Shown here: piece by piece, positions 11,976 to 24,168 of the stretch
Position numbering within the stretch: position 1 is the stretch's first letter
Layout of the letters: each line of letters starts with the position of its first letter
Translations under genes and position numbers: made by a program
From: Callorhinchus milii
Lineage: Eukaryota
Length of the DNA: 64,000 nucleotides
NCBI RefSeq assembly: GCF_018977255.1
Contig: NW_024704742.1
Span: 3,350,001-3,414,000, forward strand
Reading direction: 5' to 3'
Notes under the pieces: generated by a model
Told to the model about the DNA's origin: nothing
The model's database searches: none
The model's input: the letters and a program-made list of their open reading frames with translations, nothing else

Positions 11976-13153
11976 TTCCAGGATTCGCCCTATTCCGAAA
12001 GGCATATCGAAGCTGACTGTGACCGTAGAGTGAACCTAACTTGGTGGGGTTGCAGATGCTTGTGACACCCTGCCAGGACCTGCCTTGTCGTGCAACGAGA
12101 CTTCCAGCACTTTCCCTGACCCTACCCCCCCCCACCCCACCCCCACCCCCCACCCCCCACTATCTGTGACGCAACACGGAGCGTGGGACCAAACCAGGCT
12201 CTGAGAAAGGGGAGGATGAGAGGCAAAGGGGTTTACTATCGTTGGATTTAGTGGCCACGGGAAGAACACACTGCGTCGACAGGACACTCTGGTCTAATCA
12301 CCTGCCTCTGCCTTTTGTTCGAATTACAATTTTCAAGTCTTGCTTTTGCAAAGAATATTTGCAAAGAATGCGCAGCACAGAAACGGACCGCTCAGCTCTC
12401 ATCAGTCCGTGCCGGTGTTTATACTCCACACAACTGTCCGCCCATTCCTTTACTCCCTTAGAGAATGTTTTACAAAAGGCAGATTAGTTGCATTGCATAG
12501 TTATATAATAATAATAATAATAATAATCCTTGCATTTGATATTGCGCCTTATCACGTCTTCGAGGCGTCTCAAAGCGCTTCACAGGACATACTGTAAAGT
12601 GAATCGACTGTATATTTTGTGGGCAAAAGTCCCGATGAGTGGAGGTTTATGGACGGGAGAGTAAGGAGTGAAACTATGTAGGGAACGGGAAGATAAATGA
12701 GACTGAAAAGAGTGCTTTAAAAAGAGCCAGCATAGACACGATGAGCCGAACGGCTTTCTTCTGTGCTGTAAATATCTATGATTCTATGAAGGTCAGGACA
12801 AGGATCTTAAAGCCAGTCACTGGGCACTGGAAGCCAGTGGAGTCGGGCACAGATAAAAGTACAGAACCTGCTACAGGAATCCGGATAAACAGCAGTGCCC
12901 CCCCCGTTTGTGGGGACGCTGCTGTGCGCAATTGGCTGCCGCGTTTCGCCCACAAAATATACAGTCAATTCCCCCCGCAGGGTATGCTTCTGAAGCGCTT
13001 TGAGACATCGCAAAGACGTGATAAGGCGCTATAAAAATAATAATAATAACAAAAAGGTTATGTCCACTTACCATAACAAAGCCAGGGGAGACATCACAGC
13101 TCTTGTGTGGCAGCATATTCCATCCTGACAAGATTGTCCTCTGCATCTCACAG

Positions 13154-13332
13154 GACCGCAGACCCGTGGACGCCTTGCTGATGGAGCCAGCGAGCAGCGT
13201 CACCACCTTGATGGGCCCCAACGCTTTCAGAATCCCATTCTCCATCCGACAGAAAATCTGCAACAGCCTGGATGCCCCGAACAATAGAGGGAACGACTGG
13301 AGGCTGTTAGCGCATAAACTAAAGTTAGACAG
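13154..13332 (+). CDS. unc5c: unc5c coding exon (hinge and first half of death domain)
   Basis: cacag|GAC...GAC AG|gtaagt; 179 nt; [59 protein letters not shown](R). Confidence 0.95.
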
Positions 13333-15699
13333 GTAAGTCTGCGCAACCTGACCTTACTTCCTCGTGAGCCAGTCTCGGTCAGTCCACCGCTGAGTGCGCG
13401 AAAAAACCACGCAGTGTGGCTGGAAGTTCGCTTGCCTGCCACGGATCATTCTTCCCGTTCTCCACGCTTGTTTAGGCTGAGCATCCCAACCAGCGGGAAA
13501 AATACAGCTGACGAGGTCATCGTTCATCTGAGTCAGTGAGTCACCTGTATCCGTGTAAAACAAGACTGAAATGTCACGCTCCCCCGAAGCAACAGCGTAT
13601 TCAGTACCTAGACAGAGCTGGATAGAACCAACAGGAGGAAACAGGGCACTCAGACCAACTAGTCCATGATGTTGTTTATGCCTCACATGAGCCACCCACA
13701 GGAGGGGTGGGGGGGGTGGTAAGCAGGCACTCCAGGGGGGATTGGAAAGTTCACCCTGTAAGCCAAAAAGCTGTAGCAAGTTGGACGGTCCTACCTGGAC
13801 AAGCAGCGAGAAGACTTGCCAGACAGCGAAATCAATGGCGAGTTATGCGGTTTTGGCCTCCAGCAGTATCACCGTCACACACTCTTGAATCCCCAAGCCT
13901 TGAAACTTGCCAACCTGCGCTTGATACTCTCACTCGCAATCAGGTGGACGGGATGCAATTCTCCAGGAGGAGAGCGCACGTTCCATATTCCAACGTTTTG
14001 CGGGTCAGCCGGGTTGCCTGGCCTGTGGAAGCCCATCGTCGTGCCCTTAAGGTTATCCAAACCAAACTGAGAGTTCCGTGCGAAAAAACATGGGAGTGTC
14101 AACATATATGTGGGTCGCATGGAATTCTCAGTTTGGTTTGGATGCTCTCGATCGAGCGTGGTGAGGTGTCAGGCACCCGGCTGACCCCAAAATATAACCA
14201 GTTGATGGCGTTGATTTCGATGAAAACTGTTAAGTCTTTTCAGAAACAATTCCCTCAAGTCATTATACTATCCGGAGTTCCACAAGAACGGGCGAGCGCT
14301 CGTTGCACGTGTGAAGGAATTTCTTTGCCCATTGAAATGAAAACGTGGCAGTGTTTTCTGGCACGGGTGAATAAAAACGGTTCTGGTGTCTCTGTTCATC
14401 ATCCTCCTTCTCATTCTCTCAGCGTGGAATCCACTGCCGTTGTGGACCACCGGAATATGACTAGGTGATAATAATGTATTTATTTATCCTACAGCTTTCA
14501 CATGTGACAAGTTGTTTGCAGCAATGTTGTCTTGATTGCTGGAATCATGTTTGCCGCTGCTATGGCCAGGCAGGACCACGAGATGGCACTAGCCACAGGG
14601 CTAGTGGGCGAGACTTCTGTGTTATTATAAGAACCACAAGCGGAGCTTAAACATTCGCTGAAGGTCAGAGCAGAGTTTGTCTTCTGCCTTCCACAGGGAA
14701 AATTGCGTTATATTTTCGTGAGCGAGTGTCAGGAAAGATTTTATTTCCAACCTCCCGAGTCTTCATCAGAAACCAGTTGAAAATGAATTGAGCAGTTCAA
14801 ATTTGTCGAAGTTAAAATGCTAACCCTGCGAAGCAAAGGGACCGAAGACCTTGGAACCTCACAAACTGAGAGAAAAACACATGGAAACGCCTGTGGAAGA
14901 ATTGATTGTCCAGAAGTTGGGAGGTGGGAGGGGAGTGATTCCCAAGCGAGCCATTAAAAACACACTTTAAAGGCACAATTTAACTGCATTTTAAAGCCAG
15001 TCGATAAATCTTCCCTTGACTATTACCGGCAACTATAAAAGGAACACATTTAGGGGAAATGTCTGTTTTCCTCGTCCTCGTCCTCTCAGAGGCGAAAGCG
15101 CTGCCATTGCAAATATCATTCAACAAATAATGTATTTATCCTGAAGCAAATCCTGGCCGCGACCACATTTGTCCCTCGATCGTAAATCTTGTTTACCTAA
15201 GATGCCAGGATCAACTTGTTCCAAACACTTTGTTTGAAAGCCCTGAATCTTCATGGCATTGGGTTGTGTGTCTAAATGGAAGTAACGGCAGAGTCTGAAA
15301 AACATCATTTGGAATAATGGTGCTGCAAACTTCAGTTAAAACTGAAAAAATGTAGTTAAAAGTGAGGACTAAACACAGTTAAGAGGCCATGTAGTAGAGT
15401 CAACAGGAAACTGTGCATCTTTGGACAACAGAGATAGCAATGCCTGCTGTCATTTTGAGTTACAATACACCTTATCCAAGCCTGTGGAGGTGTGCGTGCA
15501 GTAACCTGCTAACACATCATCAATTTTTGCTATTCTTAGCGACTTTAACAATTTTTTTTACACTACACCTTCTCCTTTGAACCCCTGGCCAAGATACAAG
15601 AAAAAAAACATATGGGTGGCCCTTATCTTCGAGCCTCCAACCTCTGTTTCTCCATTCCAACCCTCTCTTGGCTTTCTCTCTTCTATTGTTAGCTGTTAC

Positions 15700-15995
15700 C
15701 ATATTCCCGGGTAGGACGAAACCTTATGCAAGTTTCCTTCCTCCACACTCAGTAATTAAGAACCCAGTCGTTAGTCGATTGGCAGATCGCTTTCCGGGTG
15801 TAATAATGAGTTCAAAAAAATAATAATAATAATTTGGTCACTTCAATCCACGACTGTCTGTGGGGACGCTGCTGTGCGCAATTGGCTGCCGCGTTTCGTC
15901 CGCAAAATATGCAGTCGATTCACTTTCCTGTGAAGCGCTCTGAGACATCTCGAAGACGTGAAAAGGCGCTGCATCAAACGCAAGGATTGTTATCA
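15700..15995 (+). mobile_element. near full-length family A SINE ending ~40 nt before the last unc5c exon
   Basis: GTGGGGACGCTGCTGTGCGCAATTGGCTGCCGCGTTTCG...GGCGCTGCATCAAACGCAAGGATTGTT. Confidence 0.8.
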
Positions 15996-16034
15996 ACCGT
16001 AGTAGTAATCTCGCTGCTCTTTCTGTGGCTTTAG

Positions 16035-16200
16035 GTACCTGAACTACTTTGCCACCAAATCCAGCCCCACCGGTGTGATCCTGGACCTGTGGGAAGCCCA
16101 GAACTTTCTGGACGGGAACCTGAGCTCCCTCGCTGCCGCCCTGGAGGAAATGGGAAAACACGAAGCGGTCGTCTCCCTCGCGTCGGAGATAAAACGCTGA
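16035..16200 (+). CDS. unc5c: unc5c last coding exon (death domain C-terminus, stop TGA 16198-16200)
   Basis: tttag|G TAC CTG AAC...; [54 protein letters not shown]. Confidence 0.95.
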
Positions 16201-17353
16201 CCCGGCCATCCGACAGCGGGAACAGAAGATGATGGGACAGCAAGTGGCATGAGCTGATGCATTCACATCAGATCAGACCAGGTTGTTTTTTTTTTCCTCA
16301 AAGAGACTTACCCTTACAATATCATGTGTACACTTCTCACCAAGGTTAAACATTGTGTTTGCATCTCTACCCAATATCTCTCCACCTATTTACGACTGTT
16401 CCTTTTTTAGCTTGGCTGTACGCAGCTTGGTACAGGATTTTTATGGTTTCCTAGGAAACGGACTATTTATCCAAATGTATGGATAAACTCTCTTTACAAT
16501 CCTGGTTTCTAGGTACTGTAACGTTTACACCATTTTTAGCACGGCTTTCTTTCTGTTGTGACCACAGAGCTGGCGATTAACTAATGCCAGAAGCTTCAAT
16601 CCCTTTGTTATTCCCCCCTCTTATCCCATCCCAGGCCCCAACTCCCCCCCCCCACCCCCCCACCCCACCCACACCCCCACCCCCGTTTCAGCAGGTGACA
16701 AAAAGGAGGAGGGCGGTGAGAAGAGGGAATTTTTTTGACAAAAAAAAAGTGGTTTTACACACAGAATCCCCGAGCGGAATTCATTTTTTTTAATATATAT
16801 ATAAAAAAAAGAAAAAAACATCCCACCCCCGCCCCACCCCCCTTCCCCCCCGCCCCCCCCCCCGGAAAAAAAAAGTTGCGCGATTTGACACTGTTTTTTG
16901 GGCCTTTTACAAAAAAAAAGCAAGAAAAGTCGGACTTTTATATCGAGAGAAAAGCAAAAAAACTTAACGACATCGTTCGCTCACTGGAACGAGCAGCGGG
17001 TGACGTGGTGAGGCCACTTAAGGTTTACGATCGCAAAAGGGTTGCGTTCCTCCTGATCCAGCCTCCTTGCCAGAAGTCGGTCGAGGGATCGGAAGGCGGT
17101 CTTTTCTTCCCTTAAAAAAAAGGAATTCTTACCGACGTCGGATTCCCAATCGACTGGTCAGAGAGCAGCTGTCGGGCAAAATAGTACGCACGCCTTTAAC
17201 GGCCGATGTGGAGGTGTGTTAGCTGTGTTTCCTTAACGCATAGTGCAAGGGATGCTATGAGCAGTTCTGACAGAATATGTATAAAAGTTTTATTGTAAAT
17301 CATACATTTGTATCAAACACCTCAATGCTTATGTGAATTCAGATTATTTTTTG

Positions 17354-17359
17354 AATAAA
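17354..17359 (+). terminator. candidate unc5c polyadenylation signal (AATAAA)
   Basis: AATAAA in an AT-rich stretch ~1.15 kb after the stop codon and just before repeats resume; more distal AATAAA at 19604 and 19646 are also possible. Confidence 0.5.
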
Positions 17360-20199
17360 TTCTGCATTTTAAGAGCTTAATTCGAGGAACATCTTTTTTC
17401 GGCTGCGTCGTACCCTCCTCATTACACCACACCTCAAGAGGAGGACCAAAAATGACTGACGGTTGCAGTGTATCCTATCATAGAATCGTAGAGCTGTACA
17501 GCACAGAACGAGGCCATTCGGCCTATCGTGTCTGTGCCGTTTTTTTGAAAAGAGCTAAACAAATCAATCCCACTCCCCCGCTCTCTCCCCAGAGTCCTCC
17601 CCGAACAATTATCTACTTCCCTCTTAAACGTTGTTATCGAATCGGCTTCTGCCACCCCTTCAGCCAGATCCCAACATGATGGAATATCTAACGAGAGGGT
17701 GGCTGAGAGTGAATATGGCGCTGTATCAAATGCAAGGATTATTATTTTGACGGTGTGTAATAAGAATAATATTCCTTGCATTTGATATAGCGCCTTATCA
17801 CGCCTTCGAGGCGCCTCAAAGCGCTTCACAGCGTATACTGCAAAGTGAATTGACTCTATGTTTTGCGGGCGAAACGCGGCAGCCAACTGCGCACAGCAGC
17901 GTCCCCACAGACACTTGCACCGATTGGACCAAAAAGCATTGAAATAGGTTGCAAGGCCGTGTCTCTCTTCAGAGCTGCAGCAAATGCGATAAGATGCAAG
18001 GTGCAAGCCTTTTTAAACGCTGTCTAAACCCAAACCATTTGGGGTTGGGATTCTGCCAAGTGTTAGTTAATGCTTCGACATATACATCGTTTTTGTGTTT
18101 ATGTTTCTTCGGGGTCTCCTGTTGCATTTTACACTCAAACCCTGCATATTCTCTCAGTGCCACTGCTCTTACAGGTGAGTTTCCCTGTGCAATGTCATGC
18201 CAGGTGACAGGAAGAGGAGCATGTATAGAACATTAGTGATAACAATATGATGCACATCTATTAGGGTCAGCTTATTTGGGGGGGGGGGAGAGAAAATGAG
18301 GAAGAGTTCTGAGAAATAATAGTTTTTTTTCCTCCTGTGTCTGCTTTGTGGACGAGTCTCAGAAGAACTGATTTGGGGGGAGAATATTGCTTATTATTTG
18401 GAAATGTGAGTGTCTGTGTAAGTGTGTGTGTGTCTTTGTGTGTGAGTGGTGTCCACTCTGCATTCCAAAAATGTGTGGGAATATGTTTCATTTGCTTTAA
18501 ACGTTTTATTTTAATGACGCAAAGCTGGAATGTGGTGTCAGGGTACAGTGTTCTCAGTCACCCCAACAAACTTTACCGTATCACTGATGGGTTTGATGGA
18601 CAGTTTAGCCTTTGATCTGGATCTGCAAGGAGGAAATCTCAGGTGCGGTAAATGGAGATCAGTGAAGATTATATTCTGTCGAGGGCATGAAAATATAAGT
18701 TCGATAGGAACTACCGAACATTAGGAAATAATGTCACAATTTCTCTTATTCCTGCCTAAGATGACGTTGCACTGTAGTCCTGCATGGTTGGAGGTGCCGT
18801 CCTTCCATGAGTTGTGAAACCCAGGTCCCACCTACCGGTTCAGGACATTAAAGATCCCATGGCGTTATTGGAAAAAGGAAAGGGAGTTTCTCTCGGTGTC
18901 CTGGCCAACAATCCCCCGAATAAAGTTGGTCACTCAATCCATGGCTGTTAAACCTCATTATTACTGTGGTCTACTTTGCAAAATTCAAACATAGTACTGG
19001 ATTGTTGGAGCTGCTTGTCCTTTGCTGCCCAATATTACGCTCATCGCAGCTAAGTCAAACACTTACTGAAACCAGGTTTATATTGATCTGTGCTGCCCGA
19101 ACTCTCCTGTGCTCTACGGTCTGGCACAACGTCACCTGAACGGTTGTGAAAATGCCTGGATGGGGCTGTGGACGCAGAATGGATTGGGATGTTTGCAAAG
19201 CAGATGGACAGAGAATCGGGCACGTGACAATTGAGGGATATGAGGAAGAGATCAAGAAATAGAAATTAAAAGATCTTTTGTGAAGTAATGGCATTGTGGA
19301 GGAATGTATTGCAGATCTGCGTTCTTGTTCTTCTATTTAGGACATTACAGGAAGTCCCTTGAGGTCAAAAGTAAAGGAATGTGTAGAGAGCCATCAACTA
19401 AATGGAACACTTGACTATTAATGTCACCTTTGCCCCTTGGAGGCCACCCTAACTTTCCTGTTACAATTGCTTGAACAGAGGGATTTGTGCTGTAGGCAAA
19501 CTAATTCCACTGGATGGATCTGAGATGCTTTGAAAAAAAAGGGGCAAGACAATTTTAAGCGCCTCCTATGCAATTTGTTGCGTTCTGAAGATCTGTGCAT
19601 CAAAATAAAAAAAATGTGCAGCTTATAAGAGGATGATTAAACCTAAATAAAAGTGTACCACTGGACATCCCACCAGAAGCACACAAGGCACACTGTGCCC
19701 ATTTACAAAAACAACTTGCATTAATTTGTGCCTTTTCCCACCGGACGGTGTCTTGAACTTATTGAATAACTATTGAAATAGATATTGCAGTTGCAGAAGC
19801 AGTTCAAGCTTAGTTGAGTTTTCAAACACCCTGATGTGGCAAAGCATTCAGTGAACTGTTGGATGTAAACAGAGCTTTTCGCTATTAGCACCTCATTTGA
19901 ATCAGACCCTGGAGCTAATTTATTTGTGGGCAGGTTTCAGTCACCGGATTCACTGTGTAGCGTCATGTATGGACAGGAGATTCCAGAATTCTCTCCCCAC
20001 TCCCACCCCCCTCCCCCCCTCGTTCTAATCACTCAATGTTAAGTTAATGTGGTCAGGCTGTAACCAGCCATTGACTATGCTCCCTCTTTGCAGAGTGACT
20101 CAGGCTGGTCTGATTTGCTTTGTGTGAATACGTAAGGCATTTTGCATGGATGACAAAGCTGTAGTTAATTGAAGGGAGACCTGGGACTTTTGCTGTTCC

Positions 20200-20830
20200 C
20201 CATCCTCCTGGGGGTGGGGAGTGGGGGCAGCTAAGTGGGTCTTCTTGGAGCAGAACTGGCTCCAAAGTGACATGCTTGGCAATGGAATGTCAGAATCGAC
20301 CCAGCCATCTGCGGCGATCTCGATAGTCCAGCTCCTGAGCCGGGTGGGTCCGCAGTATACCAGGGCACTGCTAATGATAGCACAGCCCAGCCTGGCTCAT
20401 CAGCAGGACCTGGAAGGGCAGACCGGTCACTGGGGGCAGGGAGTCATCCCACTCGGCTCCTGTTAAACCTACAAGCCAAAGCCCTAATGGATAGGGTGTC
20501 CTAGCTGGACAAACAGTTGGAAAGTATTCCAGACAGTGCTTTAAATGGTAAGTTATGCGTTTTTTAGCTGATTAGACTCTAGCAGAACCCAACACACACT
20601 CTGGGGTCCCCAAGCCTGGACTCTTGCCAACCTGCGCCTAATACTTTCTGGAATTAGGTAAGCAGGAACGCGTCCCTCCAGGGAGAGAGCACGAGTTCCA
20701 TTCCGACAACCTACCTCTGGGATGTCCACGTGTAGGTGGGAAGCATGGAAATATCAGTTTGATTTGGATACTCTTGAGCATGGTGATGAGTTTCTGCATG
20801 TGTCAGATACCCGGCTGACCGAAAAAAAAA
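20200..20830 (+). repeat. unclassified dispersed repeat (family C), longest copy; others at about 13755-14190(+), 28395-28620(+), 35340-35670(-), 44835-44880(-), 45330-45810(-), 51865-52073(-), 52510-52575(+), 60932-61570(+)
   Basis: shared ordered blocks tgttaaacctacaagccaaag / gtcctagctggacaa / cttgccaacctgcgcctaatactttctggaattagg / cagtttgatttggatactc / cccggctgacc plus an A-rich tail. Confidence 0.8.
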
Positions 20831-20879
20831 GTTACCAATCGACATGAAATATTTGGAACAATTTCTAAACTATTGATTA

Positions 20880-21120
20880 AACTAAATTCTGGGCCACAAG
20901 GAAGAATGTCTGAAACTGCAGATGGACGTAGATGAAATAGCACAATGGACAGATAGATGTCATATACAGTCTAATGTTGAGAAATGTGAACCAATGTAGT
21001 ACATTTTAAGTGAAAGAACAAACCCTAAATGACATAATTCTAAATTGATGGTGAGGTGAGTACTGGAGATATTTATGGGTCTATAAACGTGGGATTGCAG
21101 GTAGAAAAGACAAGTGAGAT
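20880..21120 (+). mobile_element. CR1 LINE RT fragment
   Basis: translates LQMDVDEIAQWTDRCHIQSNVEKCE (CR1 LQ.DLD...W...WQM.FNVEKC). Confidence 0.65.
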
Positions 21121-24100
21121 TCTTGTGTTATGCATATCCTTAGCATAAAGTAACATATATTCACAGTATATCCTGTGAAGCACTTTGAGGCATCTCAATG
21201 ATGTGATAAGGCCCTGTATATAATGCAAGGATTGTTATATATTGGGCAAAAAAAAAGAATCTATATTTCAGTGGAAACCACTTAAACTGGGCACCAGTTA
21301 TCCCCTGGACCAAACACCCTGATTCATTTGCATCCTTATCTATTTTAAATAAACTGGTTAATTTGGGCAAAAATCCGGTTAATCCGGATAAAGTGCCACA
21401 CTGGACGCTACTGTGTCAACCTCACTTGCACGGCTCCGGGATTGAGATGGGGGGGGAGTTGAACTGTGATTGATTGACAGCGGACTCCGGCCGTACTCAA
21501 GAGGCTCAGGGCTGTCAAATCAGTGAGAGCGCGGGGGAACGGGGAAGAAAACAAGGGAATGTGAGGAGTCAAATCGCGATTGATTGGCAGCTGGAGCTGT
21601 TTGTGAATGTCTGGAACCCATCCATTCACAAGAGGCTATAGACCTCGGAGCCACTGCGAATTGGTCCCCTTCGCGTCCAACGGGAACGGCTTTGAGATGG
21701 AGAAGGTGCCCACTGGCCACTCTTCCGCTGGTTGGGAGGACTTCAGCTCAACTCGGACACCACTTAAACTGGACAAAATGGCCTGTCCTGAAGTGTCCGG
21801 CTTAAGCGGCTTGTATTCTGTCAGGACGAGTCTGACCGTTTGTTCAGAATATCACAGAATAGCCATCACACAATTCTCCGAAAAAAGCTAACAGAACGCT
21901 TCCAGGTCTCTGGCATCGCTTTCCTTTCATTAACAGATGCCTAGCAGCTTCACGTTCAAAACCATCAAAGCACCATTAGAGTTTTTAGTGCCAAACTTGC
22001 CAACGCAAAATGTTACGGCTCGGTTTGTGGGTTATTCCATGCGATGCGAGGCGTTGCCGTATGATTAAGCAGATCTTGCAATCGGTTAACAAATTGGGCG
22101 TTCTATAGGCTATAAAAAGAAAAAGGATGTTAACAATATGTAGTGAAAATAAATCACAGAAAATAACAGCTGAACTAAGTGACGGATTTTGCGTCTGCTT
22201 GGGTTTGGCAGGAATAATGTTGGCAAATCTGCTTTTTCTTCCAAGCAAACATCGGCAGCAAGTAAATGAGTAGGTGTTAATGAATTTCTCTCCCTTTCCT
22301 CCCCCTTCCCTTCGCAGGAGTTGAAACAATTGGACGAATTGACTTCATGTAACTCGGGCTGTTGTAAAACCACCTGCTTTAGTTCAACCTGTTTGCGTGC
22401 GTTTGCGGGGGCGCTGCTGTGCGCAACTGGCTGCCGCGTTTCGCCCACAAAACACGCGGTCAATTCGCTTTGCAGTATATTGCGTGAAGCGCTTTGAGAC
22501 GTCCCGAAGACGTGATAAGGCGCCGTGTCAAATGCAAGGATTAATATTACTCTCATTGTTCTCACTGCAACATTCAGCCTTTAGACCAGTCTTTAAATAT
22601 TGGGCAACTGAAAATAACTCCGAAAAATAAGGTGCGCGCAGAAAACGGGATTCCCAGTGCATTACACATTAAAGAAGCTGTTGAGTCACATTTTAACCGC
22701 ACGACATTGGGATTTCATGTAGAGCAAGGTAAGTAAATTGTCTGTCTGCAATGAATAAGCGGCTTATCCTTTTTCTGGTAATACAATCGCACGACACTGC
22801 ATCAATCTAATTACAGTATATTCTGTGAAGGGCTTTGAGACGTCTCGGAGGATGCGATAAAGTGCCGCATCAATGCAAAATTACATTTGTATTGCGTCCT
22901 TCACGTGGGAGGGTACCAAATGTCACGCTTATTCTTGTTATGATTATCATTATTATTCTCTGCACCCAACTGCTGTGGCATTCCAGCAGCCTGAGCAACT
23001 TGAAACTAGTCGAAAAAAATCCCCTCGAGCTTCCCAGTTCACAGCCAGTTACATCTGTTGCAAATTATGCCCATTACCCGGGTCAACCAAGAATGCAATT
23101 GGATTGTTGCACTTAGTATAAATTGGCCATTATAAATGAGCTGGTCAGCTCAGTGCCAATTAGTCCTGAACTGTAACCGTCTTTCCCAATGCACTTTACA
23201 CCCACTGGGAATTGGGTTGAAATTGTCCAAGCTCTTTGCGTTTGTGGTTTTTATAGCCAGCGAAGAGACCCGACTTTAGGCCTAGTAGGGATTGCACCTC
23301 CACAAAACAGCAACTTGCATTTATGTAGCGCCCTTCGCATCGGGGCAGTGTTTCGGAGCACTTGACGGTGGTGGAGCCTGCCGCCAAGCCAGGATGGAAA
23401 GGAGGTGACCTGGACTCCTGCAAGGTTCAGTCTGCTTGCTCCAACCATAACCTTCTGGAATTGGTTTGAGCTTCGTTCACATTTGTGCCCGGAAACTTGG
23501 TTCAAATTCCGTCCTTTTACCTTTAAGGACTAGGATCTAAATTTTGCCATGCATGATAATAAAAATAATAATAATCTTTGCATTGGATATAGCACCTTAT
23601 CACGTCGCCGAGATGTCTCGGAGCACTTCACGGGATATACTGTCGTGTAGTGACTGTGTAAATGGGCAAAATGAATGACCATTTTGATTTGGGAGAGTGT
23701 CTTAAAAGTCCGCCTGAACAGGCAGACTGGATCTCGGAGCAAAAATCTCATCTGGTGATCGACATGTCTGACAATGCAGGAACCTCTGCCATCTCCCCCC
23801 ACCGAGCAATGTACTAGAATGTTAGCTTTGGCCATGAGCTCAATGTCTTGATGTGGGGTTGGGCTACACTATCTTCTGATCTCTTGAACATCATGTGGGA
23901 GGCAGAAATGAGACAAGGGGATGAGTGTGGGGGTGGGGGGGCAAGTAGCCCATCATAAAAACATTCACTTTCACCATTGGGTCCCTTGCCCAAGGGTTCC
24001 TTCATCCCCCAGTCGCCTTCAACAATGCTGCCCATGTGCCCTATTGAGTACAATTCATAGCACTTTTATTATCTCTATAAAATAACACAAATATCAGAAT

Positions 24101-24162
24101 GAAACAGGAAAATAGCCACAGCAAGTCAAGTGAGTTGGAAGTGTCTCTGGAGTCAGAATTTG

Positions 24163-24168
24163 TTTATT
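24163..24168 (-). terminator. candidate bmpr1b polyadenylation signal (implies a ~3.7 kb 3' UTR)
   Basis: TTTATT on + (AATAAA on -) closing an AU-rich, repeat-free block with UTR-type motifs; a second one lies at 24065-24070. Confidence 0.55.

Noticed and set aside
11756..12153. Cys/Val- and His/Thr-rich ORFs
   Set aside because: Translations of a (CA)n microsatellite
12864..12890. EPATGIRI resembling the human UNC5C exon start EPTGID
   Set aside because: The similarity does not continue and runs into a SINE; the true exon is 13154-13332
13707..14468. 253-aa ORF, the longest in the track
   Set aside because: Runs through non-coding repeat family C and its inverted duplicate; no recognisable domain; the frame is not kept in other copies
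17434..18006. Recurrent peptides such as GRCCAQLAAAFRPQN...[18 protein letters not shown] in many ORFs, resembling a gene family
   Set aside because: Chance translation of SINE copies; frames and stops vary between copies
22000..22340. AT-rich repeat-free blocks that look like conserved non-coding elements (also ~14470-14760, 50780-51050, 62300-62800)
   Set aside because: Cannot be supported without a cross-species alignment
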